Shown: in pieces, positions 47,934 through 58,154 of the stretch
Layout of the letters: every line of letters begins with the position of its first letter
Position numbering within the stretch: the stretch's first letter is position 1
From: Candidatus Palauibacter sp.
GTDB lineage: Bacteria; Gemmatimonadota; Gemmatimonadetes; Palauibacterales; Palauibacteraceae
Length of the DNA: 64,000 nucleotides
NCBI RefSeq assembly: GCF_965213655.1
Contig: NZ_CBDBZT010000003.1
Span: 1,927,733 to 1,991,732 of the forward strand
Direction: 5' to 3'
Program-made: the position numbers and the translations under genes
The notes under the pieces: model-generated
Database searches by the model: none
Told to the model about the DNA's origin: nothing
The model's input: only the letters and a program-made list of their open reading frames with translations

Positions 47934-48644
47934 TCAGGGCGCGAGACTGAAGCCGAACACGAGGTGCGCGCGCTCCTGGTCGGGATTCAGGATGTAGGCG
48001 ACGCTCACCGGCACAGCGAAGGTCTCCGTGATCGCGAGGTCCTTGCTCGCCGTGATGCCCACGTTGACGAGAGCAGCCTCCTCGGTGCCGTAGAAGTCGC
48101 TCTCGCCGCCCACGAACCCCATGTGCAGCCCGACACCCACTCCCGAGACCTCGAAGGGCACGCCCACCTCCGCGTACAGCACGCTGCTCTCGGTGAGCAG
48201 GCCGCCGAAAAGGGAGATCGGAAAAGTCTCCGGACCCGTGAAGCCGAGCGACATCTCCACCGTGTGCGCCTCGCCGTCCCCGAATCCGGCGTCGGCGTCG
48301 GGCGAGGGGAAGTAGTAGTCGGTGATGCCGACCGCGACGGAGAGGCCGGATGAGGCCGTCACCGTGTAGGTCGCCCAGAGATCGTTCTCGTTCGCGGAGG
48401 CGCCCGACGCGGAGATGGAATACGAACCCCATGCGCCGAACTCGAGCCCTCCCGCCGCGAAGGTGAGCGCCGGTTGCACCGCCATGGATTCCCCGAAGTC
48501 GACGCCGCGCCAGACGTAGCGGCTGACGACGTCGGCCCCGATGGAGGCGGACTGGCCCCACACGGGGGCGGCGAAGACGAAGAGGGCCGCGACGGCGAGG
48601 CCAGGGCCCCGGAACCGATTCGAATCAGTGCGGATTACGGACAC
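47934..48644 (-). CDS. small outer-membrane beta-barrel protein (hypothetical)
   Basis: GTG start at 48644 with a GAGAGAGGAGAAG SD. It overlaps the transglutaminase 3' end by 10 nt. Signal peptide …GLAVAALFVFAAPVWGQ, alternating amphipathic beta-strands, C-terminal …LVFGFSLAP. It lies 7 nt upstream of the OMF fusion gene. Confidence 0.55.
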   Translation of the reverse strand: MSVIRTDSNRFRGPGLAVAALFVFAAPVWGQSASIGADVVSRYVWRGVDFGESMAVQPALTFAAGGLEFGAWGSYSISASGASANENDLWATYTVTASSGLSVAVGITDYYFPSPDADAGFGDGEAHTVEMSLGFTGPETFPISLFGGLLTESSVLYAEVGVPFEVSGVGVGLHMGFVGGESDFYGTEEAALVNVGITASKDLAITETFAVPVSVAYILNPDQERAHLVFGFSLAP

Positions 48645-49507
48645 GATTCTTCTCCTCTCTCGATGGTGACCCGGGTACGGAGCATGGACTCCGCCGAACC
48701 CCGGAAGACGCCGCGCGTGGGCGGAACGTCGGCATAATCGCGGCCCACCGCGACCCTTATGTGACGCACGTCACACTGTGTGTCGTTGGTCGGATCGAAG
48801 CCGATCCACCCCACCCCGGGGAGCCAGCTCTCGACCCACGCGTGGCTTTCGCCGGTCGTAACGTCACCTTCGCGCTCAAGATCGGGACCAAGGTAGCCGG
48901 ATACGTAACGGGTCGGGATCCCCCAGCCCCGGAGGATCGAAGCCATCACGTGGGCGTAGTCCTGGCACACACCCTCCCGGCTTTCAAGGATGCGCTCGAT
49001 CGGCGAATCGACGGCGGTCGTACCTGGAATATAGTCAAACAGCTCGTGCAGCCGACTCCGCAGGGCAACGGCGGTCGCAAGCGGATCGTCCCCGCGCTCG
49101 AGACCGCAGCTACTGATGAAGTCGGCGAGGACCGGCGAAGCACGGACGAAACGGCTCGGCTGCAGCATGAGGCCGAGGTCGGGAGTGCCCGCCTCGTCGC
49201 CGAGCCGGGCCCAGCCATCTTTTCCGACCTCGATGGGCGACTCCGGTATCGGCCCCACCTCGACGGTCGAACGCCCGACAATCGAGAGGCGGCGATGTGT
49301 CCCGGGCCGATCGAAGAAGTGCCCGCGGTTGTGGAAGGGTCCCTCGAACTCGAACACGGCCCCGGACGGATCAGTCTCGATCTCGAACCCGCGCACGACC
49401 TGAGTGCGGTCCTGCGCCGGGTGCAGAAAGAGCGTCATCACGGACGCCTGAACCGGCGCACTGTACACGAACTCGATCGCGTGCTCGATCGTGTAGCGCG
49501 CGATCAT
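48635..49507 (-). CDS. transglutaminase-family protein (Bact_transglu_N + transglutaminase core)
   Basis: Internal ATG 49507 (MIARYTIEHAIEFVYSAPV, the typical Bact_transglu_N start) overlaps the alpha-E stop (ATGA). Cys-His-Asp triad in GVCQDYAHV…, HAWVESW and FDPTND. The track extension to 49930 is an R/G-rich artefact. Confidence 0.85.
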   Translation of the reverse strand: MIARYTIEHAIEFVYSAPVQASVMTLFLHPAQDRTQVVRGFEIETDPSGAVFEFEGPFHNRGHFFDRPGTHRRLSIVGRSTVEVGPIPESPIEVGKDGWARLGDEAGTPDLGLMLQPSRFVRASPVLADFISSCGLERGDDPLATAVALRSRLHELFDYIPGTTAVDSPIERILESREGVCQDYAHVMASILRGWGIPTRYVSGYLGPDLEREGDVTTGESHAWVESWLPGVGWIGFDPTNDTQCDVRHIRVAVGRDYADVPPTRGVFRGSAESMLRTRVTIERGEESCP

Positions 49508-50487
49508 GCCGGGAGCCCCACGGCCACCGGGTAATCGACGTACCTGGCCTGGACAAGGTCGTGCAGGGCCCGGCTGTCGCGTGTCAGAGAGTCGAAGACC
49601 TCCCCGGGCGCAACAGGGGACGCGGCGTCGGCTTCGCCCATTTCGAGTTCGATGGTCGCCGCCATGCGAAGCACCATGCGATGGGGCGGCGCGAGCGGAG
49701 GGCGTCCGCCCGCGGGATCGATCCCCCCCAGCACGGACTCGATGCGATCGGTCGCGTAGCGCAGGGAACGGGCGACCTCCGGGTTTCGTATCAGAAAGCC
49801 GAGCACGGGGCCACGGTGCAGCGTGAGCGACCGGTCCCGGCGGTAGGGTTCGAAAGCACCGCACACGCGCAGGAGATCGGCCCAGGAGAGGACGAGGCCA
49901 TCGCCCTCCGGCCGGGCGATCCGGTCCCACACATCGAGCAGTACGATCTGCTGCTGCAGACGCTCGACGTACCGGCCCAGTTCAAGGAAGCGCCACGCAT
50001 CGTCCCGCGCCATGTTGGCGTCCACGACGCCCGCCAGCAGACGGAGGCGGTCGATGGCCTGGCTCACGAGAGCCACCGGTCCCTCACCCCACACGTCGGC
50101 GAACTCCGTCTCCTGAAGCCAGAGGTATCCCTGGTTCAGGCACACCCACACGCGCAGGGGCAGCCGGGGACGGATCTCCCTCGCGTTCTCCCTCGCCATC
50201 CCCCAGCACGAGATCATCGACGCCGGATTCGTCGTGTCCTCGACGAGACCGCCCGTCAACGTGTAGGCATCCGCGATGAGGAAAGCTTCGGCCTCGTCCA
50301 CATCGGCCGGCGCCTCGGGCGGGGACTGGCTCAGCGCCCGGTACACGACGTGCCATCCGAGGGCGATTTCGTCGGCGTCCGTATCCACGAGCCGTGCCAA
50401 CTGATACTCGAGCAGGCGGGCCGTGTTCTCGGTCCGCTCCGCGTAGCGGCCCAGCCAGTAGAAGTTCGCCGCCATCCGGGCTAGCAT
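49504..50487 (-). CDS. alpha-E domain protein (DUF403)
   Basis: MLARMAANFYWLGRYAERTENTARLL is the hallmark alpha-E N-terminus. Confidence 0.85.
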   Translation of the reverse strand: MLARMAANFYWLGRYAERTENTARLLEYQLARLVDTDADEIALGWHVVYRALSQSPPEAPADVDEAEAFLIADAYTLTGGLVEDTTNPASMISCWGMARENAREIRPRLPLRVWVCLNQGYLWLQETEFADVWGEGPVALVSQAIDRLRLLAGVVDANMARDDAWRFLELGRYVERLQQQIVLLDVWDRIARPEGDGLVLSWADLLRVCGAFEPYRRDRSLTLHRGPVLGFLIRNPEVARSLRYATDRIESVLGGIDPAGGRPPLAPPHRMVLRMAATIELEMGEADAASPVAPGEVFDSLTRDSRALHDLVQARYVDYPVAVGLPA

Positions 50488-50511
50488 CGTCCGTCGCCTC
50501 TCTCCCGGCCG

Positions 50512-52011
<1,500 letters not shown>

Positions 52012-52035
52012 TGAACGGTACTCGTCGAGGGACGC

Positions 52036-53445
52036 TCAGTCCGCGTCGCGGAAGTCGTTGTCGTCGTCCGGATCCACCATGAGGACGAATTCGGGATAGG
52101 CATCGAGCCCGAGTTCCGCCGCATCCTGGCCGATGCTCTCGACGCTTCGCGACACGCGTACACCCATCGCCCTGTCCAGTACCATCCAGAGGATCCATGA
52201 AGTGGAAAAGGCGAATGCGCCGACGGCCGCGACGCCGGCCAGCTGCACCCAGAAATCGCCGCCGGCCGCGATGCAGGTGGCCAGAGTGCCCCACACTCCG
52301 GCGAAGAGGTGCGCCGGCACCGCGCCGACCACGTCGTCGATCCGCCTGACCTCCAGCACCTTCAGTCCGATCATGCACAGGAAGGAGCCGACGGCGCCGA
52401 TCAGGATCGCCCACAGCGAGTTCGTGATGTTCGGTCCCGCCGTGATTGCCACCATGCCGGAGATTGCCCCGTTGAGCGTGGCGAAGAGGTCGACCCGGCC
52501 GAGCAAAGGCCTGGAGAGGCAGAGCGCCGTGATAACACCGGCCGCGGCAGCGAGGTTCGTGTTCACGAGGATGTTGCTCATCGCAACCGCGTTGGCGACG
52601 CCCGAGAGGGCGAGTTCGGAGCCGCCGTTGAAGCCGAACCATCCCATCCAGAGGATGAACACGCCCAGCGTGACGGCGGGGATGTTCGACGGAGGGGTCA
52701 GCTTGACGGAGCCATCCCTTTTGAACTTGCCCCAGCGCGGACCCACGACGAGCGCGCCGGCGAGCGCGGCCCAGCCGCCTGTCGAGTGCACGATCGTCGA
52801 GCCGGCGAAGTCCGTGAAGCCCAGCTGGGCGAGCCAGCCGCCGCCCCACGTCCACGCGCCGACGATGGGGTAGATGATCGCAGTGAGCCCGGCGACGAAG
52901 ACGAAGAAGGTCCACAGCTTGACGCGCTCGGCCAGCGCCCCGGAAACGATCGAGGCGGTCGTGGCGACGAAGACCATCTGGAAGAACCAGTCGGACATGA
53001 CGGCGTAGCCGTTCTCCGTCACGGCGGCGGCTGCCCCTTCGTTCCCGCCGAGGAGGGCCACTTCGTCGGCCGACGGACCGTAGAGGAAGCCGATCCTCCC
53101 GATCAGATCGCCGACATCCACGTACATGAGATTGTAGCCGATGACGTAGTAGGTGAGGCCGGCGATCGCGTAGAGTCCGATGTTCTTCATGCAGATCATC
53201 GAAGCGCTCTTCGACCGCACCGAACCGGCCTCGAGCATCGTGAACCCGGCACACATCCACATCACCAGCACGCCCCAGACGAGGAACGAGTACGTGTTGA
53301 GGACGAAGCCGAGATCTCCAATGCCGTCCTGCGCGGCAAGCGCCGCTGGTGCGAGTAGGAGACTCGCGCCGGAAAGCAGCGCGATGGAGGCGAGATTCCT
53401 TCCCGCCGTTAACCGGCGGAACCAGCGTATTCGATGGGTGCTCAC
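52036..53445 (-). CDS. amt: ammonium transporter (Amt family)
   Basis: GTG start at 53445 with an AGGAAGGAG SD; cleavable signal peptide. Eleven-TM Amt pattern (…SGALAERVKLWTFFVFVAGLTAIIYPIVGAWTWGGGWLAQLGFTDFAGSTIVHSTGGWAALAGALVVGPR…). It lies 25 nt upstream of the ATP-grasp gene, same strand. Confidence 0.9.
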   Translation of the reverse strand: MSTHRIRWFRRLTAGRNLASIALLSGASLLLAPAALAAQDGIGDLGFVLNTYSFLVWGVLVMWMCAGFTMLEAGSVRSKSASMICMKNIGLYAIAGLTYYVIGYNLMYVDVGDLIGRIGFLYGPSADEVALLGGNEGAAAAVTENGYAVMSDWFFQMVFVATTASIVSGALAERVKLWTFFVFVAGLTAIIYPIVGAWTWGGGWLAQLGFTDFAGSTIVHSTGGWAALAGALVVGPRWGKFKRDGSVKLTPPSNIPAVTLGVFILWMGWFGFNGGSELALSGVANAVAMSNILVNTNLAAAAGVITALCLSRPLLGRVDLFATLNGAISGMVAITAGPNITNSLWAILIGAVGSFLCMIGLKVLEVRRIDDVVGAVPAHLFAGVWGTLATCIAAGGDFWVQLAGVAAVGAFAFSTSWILWMVLDRAMGVRVSRSVESIGQDAAELGLDAYPEFVLMVDPDDDNDFRDAD

Positions 53446-53626
53446 AGCGGCTCCTTCCTCAACAGGTTTCCAGCCCGATCGTGGCCTTCCGCGACCCCCG
53501 GCTTAGGTTGCGTCCCTACTCCGCATCGCGCAATGGGCCCGGTGGCCAGTAGCCGAACGGCCGGAGCCGATTATCTTCGGGTGTGACCGGACTGCACCGG
53601 AATCTTCGACGAGAGGGCAGATCACT

Positions 53627-54685
53627 ATGTGGAAACGCTCCAGCGGAGTAGCCGCCGGACTCGGGCTGGGACTTACGCTGTTCGCGGTTCACCCCCTCCT
53701 TGCGCAGGAAATCCGGGCGCGTGGCGGCTCCACCGTCACCGTCGGCGCCAGGGTTCAGGCTCAGTACGAGGCCTCGAGCGTCGACGAGACGCCTTCCTCC
53801 TTCTTCGTCCGCCGCGCATGGGTGACGATCGACGGGCAGCTGAACGATCTCGTCGGAGCCCGGGCCCAGTTCAACATCGACGGAGCATCGGTGCTGGAGG
53901 CGTACCTTGAATTCACACCCAGCGAGGCGCTCGAGGTCCAGCTGGGGCAGTTCAAGAAGGGGATGTCGTATTTCTGGCTCGTGCCGAACTCCTGGCTCCC
54001 GATCATCGAACGGGACGCCAGGGTCACAGGCGTGGATCACTGCCCCGGCGTCGGCAGCGTATGCACGTTCGGCCGTCTCACGGGCGCGCTGGGCCTGGAC
54101 AACTACGAGCCGGGCATCCTCGCGCAGGGGCGCGTGAGCGAGCGCTTCGGCTACCGCTTCACGCTCACCAACGGGGAGGGGATCGGGAACAAGGACGTGA
54201 ACACCGGAAAGTCGGCCTCGGGCCAGCTCTCGCTCTTCCCGACGGGAGGCGACACGCGGGTGTCGGCCTATTTCGCCCTGGACGAGACGCTCGACAGCCA
54301 GGGGGAGACGATGGGTGTTCCGGCGGTCGGAGCGGAAGTCGAACTCGGCACATGGCTGGGCGGCCCCCACCTCATCGCCAACGTCCTCCAGGGTCGTAAC
54401 TGGAAGCTGAACGATGACGCGAAGTTCTCCGCTTTCCAGATGATGGCCTTCTGGTATCTGCCGATGGCACCCGAGTCCCGGATCGCCGGGATCGAACCCA
54501 TGCTTCGGGTGAGCTGGGTCGATTCGGGCGCGGAGGATCCGGAGAAGGTGACGGGGACGGTGATCACGCCCGGCGTGATGTTCTACTTCGTGGGCCGGAA
54601 CGGAATCTCCACCAACGTGGACTTCTACAGCTCAGGAGGCCGGTCGGACTTCTCCTGGAAGGTCCAGGCGTTCGCTTTCTTCTGA
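53627..54685 (+). CDS. outer-membrane beta-barrel porin-like protein (putative)
   Basis: Signal peptide MWKRSSGVAAGLGLGLTLFAVHPLLAQE, alternating beta-strand pattern, C-terminal aromatic …WKVQAFAFF. Divergent from amt. Confidence 0.6.
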   Translation: MWKRSSGVAAGLGLGLTLFAVHPLLAQEIRARGGSTVTVGARVQAQYEASSVDETPSSFFVRRAWVTIDGQLNDLVGARAQFNIDGASVLEAYLEFTPSEALEVQLGQFKKGMSYFWLVPNSWLPIIERDARVTGVDHCPGVGSVCTFGRLTGALGLDNYEPGILAQGRVSERFGYRFTLTNGEGIGNKDVNTGKSASGQLSLFPTGGDTRVSAYFALDETLDSQGETMGVPAVGAEVELGTWLGGPHLIANVLQGRNWKLNDDAKFSAFQMMAFWYLPMAPESRIAGIEPMLRVSWVDSGAEDPEKVTGTVITPGVMFYFVGRNGISTNVDFYSSGGRSDFSWKVQAFAFF

Positions 54686-54759
54686 TCGGGTCCGGACGGG
54701 CCGCGAAGCCGCCGGCGATGGCGCGGGGGGACGGCCAAGAGTAAGGGCCAAGGCGGCGC

Positions 54760-54791
54760 GGGGGCCGCACCGGCGATTCGGTACGGCCCCC
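54760..54791. terminator. GC-rich hairpin (8-bp perfect stem gggggccg / cggccccc, 16-nt loop) between convergent genes; bidirectional terminator candidate
   Basis: The inverted repeat is seen directly. It lies between the porin-like gene stop (54685) and the STAS gene stop (54812). There is no clean U-tract. Confidence 0.3.
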
Positions 54792-54811
54792 TCATGTCCT
54801 GCCGGTCTTTC

Positions 54812-55147
54812 CTACTTGAAGCTCGCCTGAGCCTCGTCGACCGTGTCGAAGACCTTGGTCAGCCGGACGAACCCGCTGACTTCCAGCACCTCGAGGATGT
54901 TCTCCGGTACCTGGCAGAGGGCGAGTCCCCCGCCGGCCTGGTTGGTCTTCCGGATGGCGATCAGCAGCGCCCGGAGCCCGGCACTGCTGATGTAGCGCAG
55001 GCTCCCGCAGTCCAGAACCAGATTGGTCGCTCCCCCATCGATGATGCCGGAGAGCTCACCGTCGAAGTCCTTGGCGTTGCTGGAGTCTACGCGGCCGCTG
55101 ACCACCCCCACGGCGGTGTCTCCGGAATAGCTGGTCTCAATGTTCAT
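54812..55147 (-). CDS. STAS-domain anti-sigma-factor antagonist (RsbV/SpoIIAA-like)
   Basis: 111 aa; …LVLDCGSLRYISSAGLRALLIAIRK… conserved phosphorylatable Ser context. Confidence 0.8.
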   Translation of the reverse strand: MNIETSYSGDTAVGVVSGRVDSSNAKDFDGELSGIIDGGATNLVLDCGSLRYISSAGLRALLIAIRKTNQAGGGLALCQVPENILEVLEVSGFVRLTKVFDTVDEAQASFK

Positions 55148-55581
55148 TCTGGCGGTTCCTCGCTTCCGGCAGCCCCCAGCGGCTGCGTCAGGGTCAAGCA
55201 GTTGAATCCATCGACCCGCTCGTACGCAAGCGTGTCAATAAAAGACTTCGTAAGGTGGATGCCAAGACCTCCAATGGGACGATCCTCCGCCGCGAGAGTC
55301 AAATCCGGCTCCGCAGCGTCCTCCAGCGGGTTGAAGGGTTGGCCGTTGTCTCGAATCGTAAGCTCAATCTCGGCTTCCTCGAGACGAATGTCCACCGTGA
55401 TGACCGGATCCTCCGTCACTCCTTCGAAACCATACGAGATGATGTTCGCCAGCAACTCGTCCAACGAGAGCTGGAAGCGGAAGATGACATCCTGCGAGAG
55501 CGCGTTCTCGACGCAGAAGCGCTCGACCGCGTCCACCACGCGACGTGGTTCGCTCGGATCCGGCTTAACGGCAATCCGCAC
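55144..55581 (-). CDS. anti-sigma regulatory factor (RsbW/SpoIIAB-like GHKL Ser/Thr kinase)
   Basis: HATPase_c N and G boxes (IRDNGQPFNPLED…RPIGGLGIHLTKSFID). 4-nt overlap with the STAS gene. Confidence 0.75.
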   Translation of the reverse strand: MRIAVKPDPSEPRRVVDAVERFCVENALSQDVIFRFQLSLDELLANIISYGFEGVTEDPVITVDIRLEEAEIELTIRDNGQPFNPLEDAAEPDLTLAAEDRPIGGLGIHLTKSFIDTLAYERVDGFNCLTLTQPLGAAGSEEPPE

Positions 55582-55815
55582 TCCCGTTCCGCTCCTGTTG
55601 GCTGACGGCCCCCGTTTTCGCGGGCGCCCTGGCTGCCGAAGCTACCCGTGCTCCCATAGCCTGAGATATTGCGCGCCCGGTGCCCGTTTGCGGAGATTCC
55701 CGCACCGTGGCCCCGGGACCGCCCCCAGTGAATCGACAGGGACGATGACGATTGGAGCCGGTTCCAGACAAGTGCAGGAGTTCATGACTCACGGTTCACC
55801 TCAGCCGAGGCCTTG

Positions 55816-56973
55816 ATGCCGAAGATCCTTGTAGTAGACGACGAGCCCGATCTGGAGTTGCTGCTCCGGCAGAAATTCCGGCGCCGGGTCCGCGCGGGCG
55901 AACTCACGCTGGTCTTCGCCCAAAACGGGGTCGAAGCTCTTCAGAAACTTGACGAACATGAGGATGTGGACCTCGTCCTCTCCGACATCAACATGCCGGA
56001 GATGGACGGGCTGACGCTCCTCGGGCAGTTGAGCGAACTCGAACGGGACCTGCGCGCGGTGATGGTCACGGCCTACGGGGACATGAAGAACATCCGCACC
56101 GCCATGAACCGCGGCGCGTTCGACTTCGTCACCAAGCCGATCGATTTCACCGACCTGGACACCACGATCCAGAAGACGCTCGAACACCTGGAGGTGATGC
56201 GGGCGGCGCTTCGCGATCGGGATGCACTGGTCGCGTTACGTCAGGAACTCGGGGTGGCGGCGCGGATGCAGGAGTCGATCCTGCCCACGAACTTTCCCGA
56301 GGACCCCCGTTACGACCTTCACGCATGGATGACGCCGGCCCGCGAGGTGGGAGGAGACTTCTACGACTTTTTCCGCCTCGAAGAGGGCCAGATGGCGATT
56401 GTGATGGCCGATGTCTCGGGAAAGGGCGTGCCGGCCGCTTTCTTCATGATGGTGAGCCGTACGCTGCTGAAGGGGACGGCGATCGGCGAGACGGACCCCT
56501 CGCTGTGCCTGAAGGAGGTGAACCAACTCCTCATCAACGAGAACGAAGAGTCGATGTTCGTGACTCTGTTCTACACCAAGTTCAATCCCGAGAACGGTCA
56601 CGCCACGTTCGCGAACGCCGGGCACAACCTCCCGTTCCTCATCAAGGCGTCGGGCGAGGTCGAGCCGATCGTCTCCGAGCCGGGTCTCGTCCTCGGGATC
56701 ATGTCGGGATTCGAGTTTCCGAAAGGGTCCGTCACCCTCGAGCCGGGCGACGCGATCTTCTTCTACACGGATGGCGTGACGGAAGCCATGGATGAAGACG
56801 GCGTCGAACTCGGAGAGGCCGAGTTGGCCGAGGTTCTGCGGCAATGCGCCGGCCATACCGCGGAGGATATCAACGTCCACGTGATACGGGCGGTACAGGA
56901 GCACGCCGGGGAAGCGCCCCAATCGGATGACATCACCTGCCTGACACTGCGGTACCTGGGGGCGCCTGACTGA
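55816..56973 (+). CDS. response-regulator receiver domain fused to a PP2C-type (SpoIIE/RsbU-like) phosphatase
   Basis: ATG 55816 (the track's TTG at 55813 is 1 codon earlier). REC with ILVVDDEPD…DLVLSDINMPEMDG…KP. PP2C motifs GGDFYDF, MADVSGKG, FYTDGVTEA. Confidence 0.85.
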   Translation: MPKILVVDDEPDLELLLRQKFRRRVRAGELTLVFAQNGVEALQKLDEHEDVDLVLSDINMPEMDGLTLLGQLSELERDLRAVMVTAYGDMKNIRTAMNRGAFDFVTKPIDFTDLDTTIQKTLEHLEVMRAALRDRDALVALRQELGVAARMQESILPTNFPEDPRYDLHAWMTPAREVGGDFYDFFRLEEGQMAIVMADVSGKGVPAAFFMMVSRTLLKGTAIGETDPSLCLKEVNQLLINENEESMFVTLFYTKFNPENGHATFANAGHNLPFLIKASGEVEPIVSEPGLVLGIMSGFEFPKGSVTLEPGDAIFFYTDGVTEAMDEDGVELGEAELAEVLRQCAGHTAEDINVHVIRAVQEHAGEAPQSDDITCLTLRYLGAPD

Positions 56974-58154
56974 TGCGCCGCTGGCTGTTCCTGCTCGCAG
57001 CCGCCCTGGCGGCCGGCACGCTGCCCGGCCCTTCCGCCTCCGCCCAGCAGGGTGGATCCGCGACCGAGGGCGTGTACGCCGACTCCATCGTCTTCGGCCA
57101 GTCCGCCGCGCTGGACGGCCCCGCCGGCGAACTGGGCCGCAACATGAACCTCGGCATCCGTGCAGCCTTCGAGGAGGCCAATCGCGAGGGAGGGGTCCAC
57201 GGACGCCTGCTCCGGCTTCGGGCGCGCGACGACGGCTACGAACCCGAGCAGGCGGCCGTCAACACGCGCGAACTCATTGCGCTGGGCGTGTTCGGCCTCA
57301 TCGGCGCGGTCGGAACCCCTACATCGAACGCCGCCGAGCCCGTCGCGAGGGAATTCGCCGTACCCTATATCGGGGCCTTCACCGGGGCCGGACTTCTGAG
57401 ACAGCCGGACCAGCGCCATGTCGTCAACCTCCGCGCGTCATACGATCAGGAGACCAAGGAGATGGTGGACCGGCTCGTCGAGGATCTCGGATTCCGCCGG
57501 ATCGCCGTCTTCTACCAGAACGACAGCTACGGCCAGGCCGGCCTGAACGGGGTTCGCCGCGCAATGGACAGCCGGCGCATGGAGCTCGTCAGCGAGGCCG
57601 CGTACATGCGGAACACGCTGGCCGTGAAGCAAGGCCTCCTCGATATCCGGGAGGGTAATCCGCAGGCCGTGATCATTATCGGGGCCTACGCCCCGGTAGC
57701 CCACTTCATCAGGTGGGCGCGGAAGATCGGCCTCGACGCGGTGTTCGTGAACATCTCGTTCGTGGGGAGCAGCGCGCTCCTCGACGATCTTGGTCGCGCG
57801 GGAGACGGCGTGGTGGTGACTCAGGTCGTGCCCTTCCCCGGAGATACGAACATCCCGGCCGTGGCTCGCTACCAGGCGGCCCTGCGCGAAGTCGACGGGA
57901 GGGCGACCCCCGGATTCGTATCTCTGGAGGGCTACCTGGCGGGACGGCTCGTCGTGGAGGCGCTGCGGGCCGGGGACGCCGCCACACCTCCGACCCGGGC
58001 GTCCTTTCTCCGCACGCTAAACGATTCGGGACCCATCGACCTCGGCGGCTTTGTGGTGGAATACGCCGAAGAGGACAATCAGGGCTCGGATCTCGTCTTC
58101 CTCACGGTGATTCGAGGAGGACGCTTCGTCCCGGTGACGCGCCTCTCCGGATGA
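56973..58154 (+). CDS. periplasmic binding protein (Peripla_BP_6 / LivJ-like), probable co-sensor of the downstream kinase
   Basis: Signal peptide MRRWLFLLAAALAAGTLPGPSASAQQ. The start overlaps the RR-PP2C stop (TGATG) and the stop overlaps the kinase start (ATGA). Confidence 0.75.
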   Translation: MRRWLFLLAAALAAGTLPGPSASAQQGGSATEGVYADSIVFGQSAALDGPAGELGRNMNLGIRAAFEEANREGGVHGRLLRLRARDDGYEPEQAAVNTRELIALGVFGLIGAVGTPTSNAAEPVAREFAVPYIGAFTGAGLLRQPDQRHVVNLRASYDQETKEMVDRLVEDLGFRRIAVFYQNDSYGQAGLNGVRRAMDSRRMELVSEAAYMRNTLAVKQGLLDIREGNPQAVIIIGAYAPVAHFIRWARKIGLDAVFVNISFVGSSALLDDLGRAGDGVVVTQVVPFPGDTNIPAVARYQAALREVDGRATPGFVSLEGYLAGRLVVEALRAGDAATPPTRASFLRTLNDSGPIDLGGFVVEYAEEDNQGSDLVFLTVIRGGRFVPVTRLSG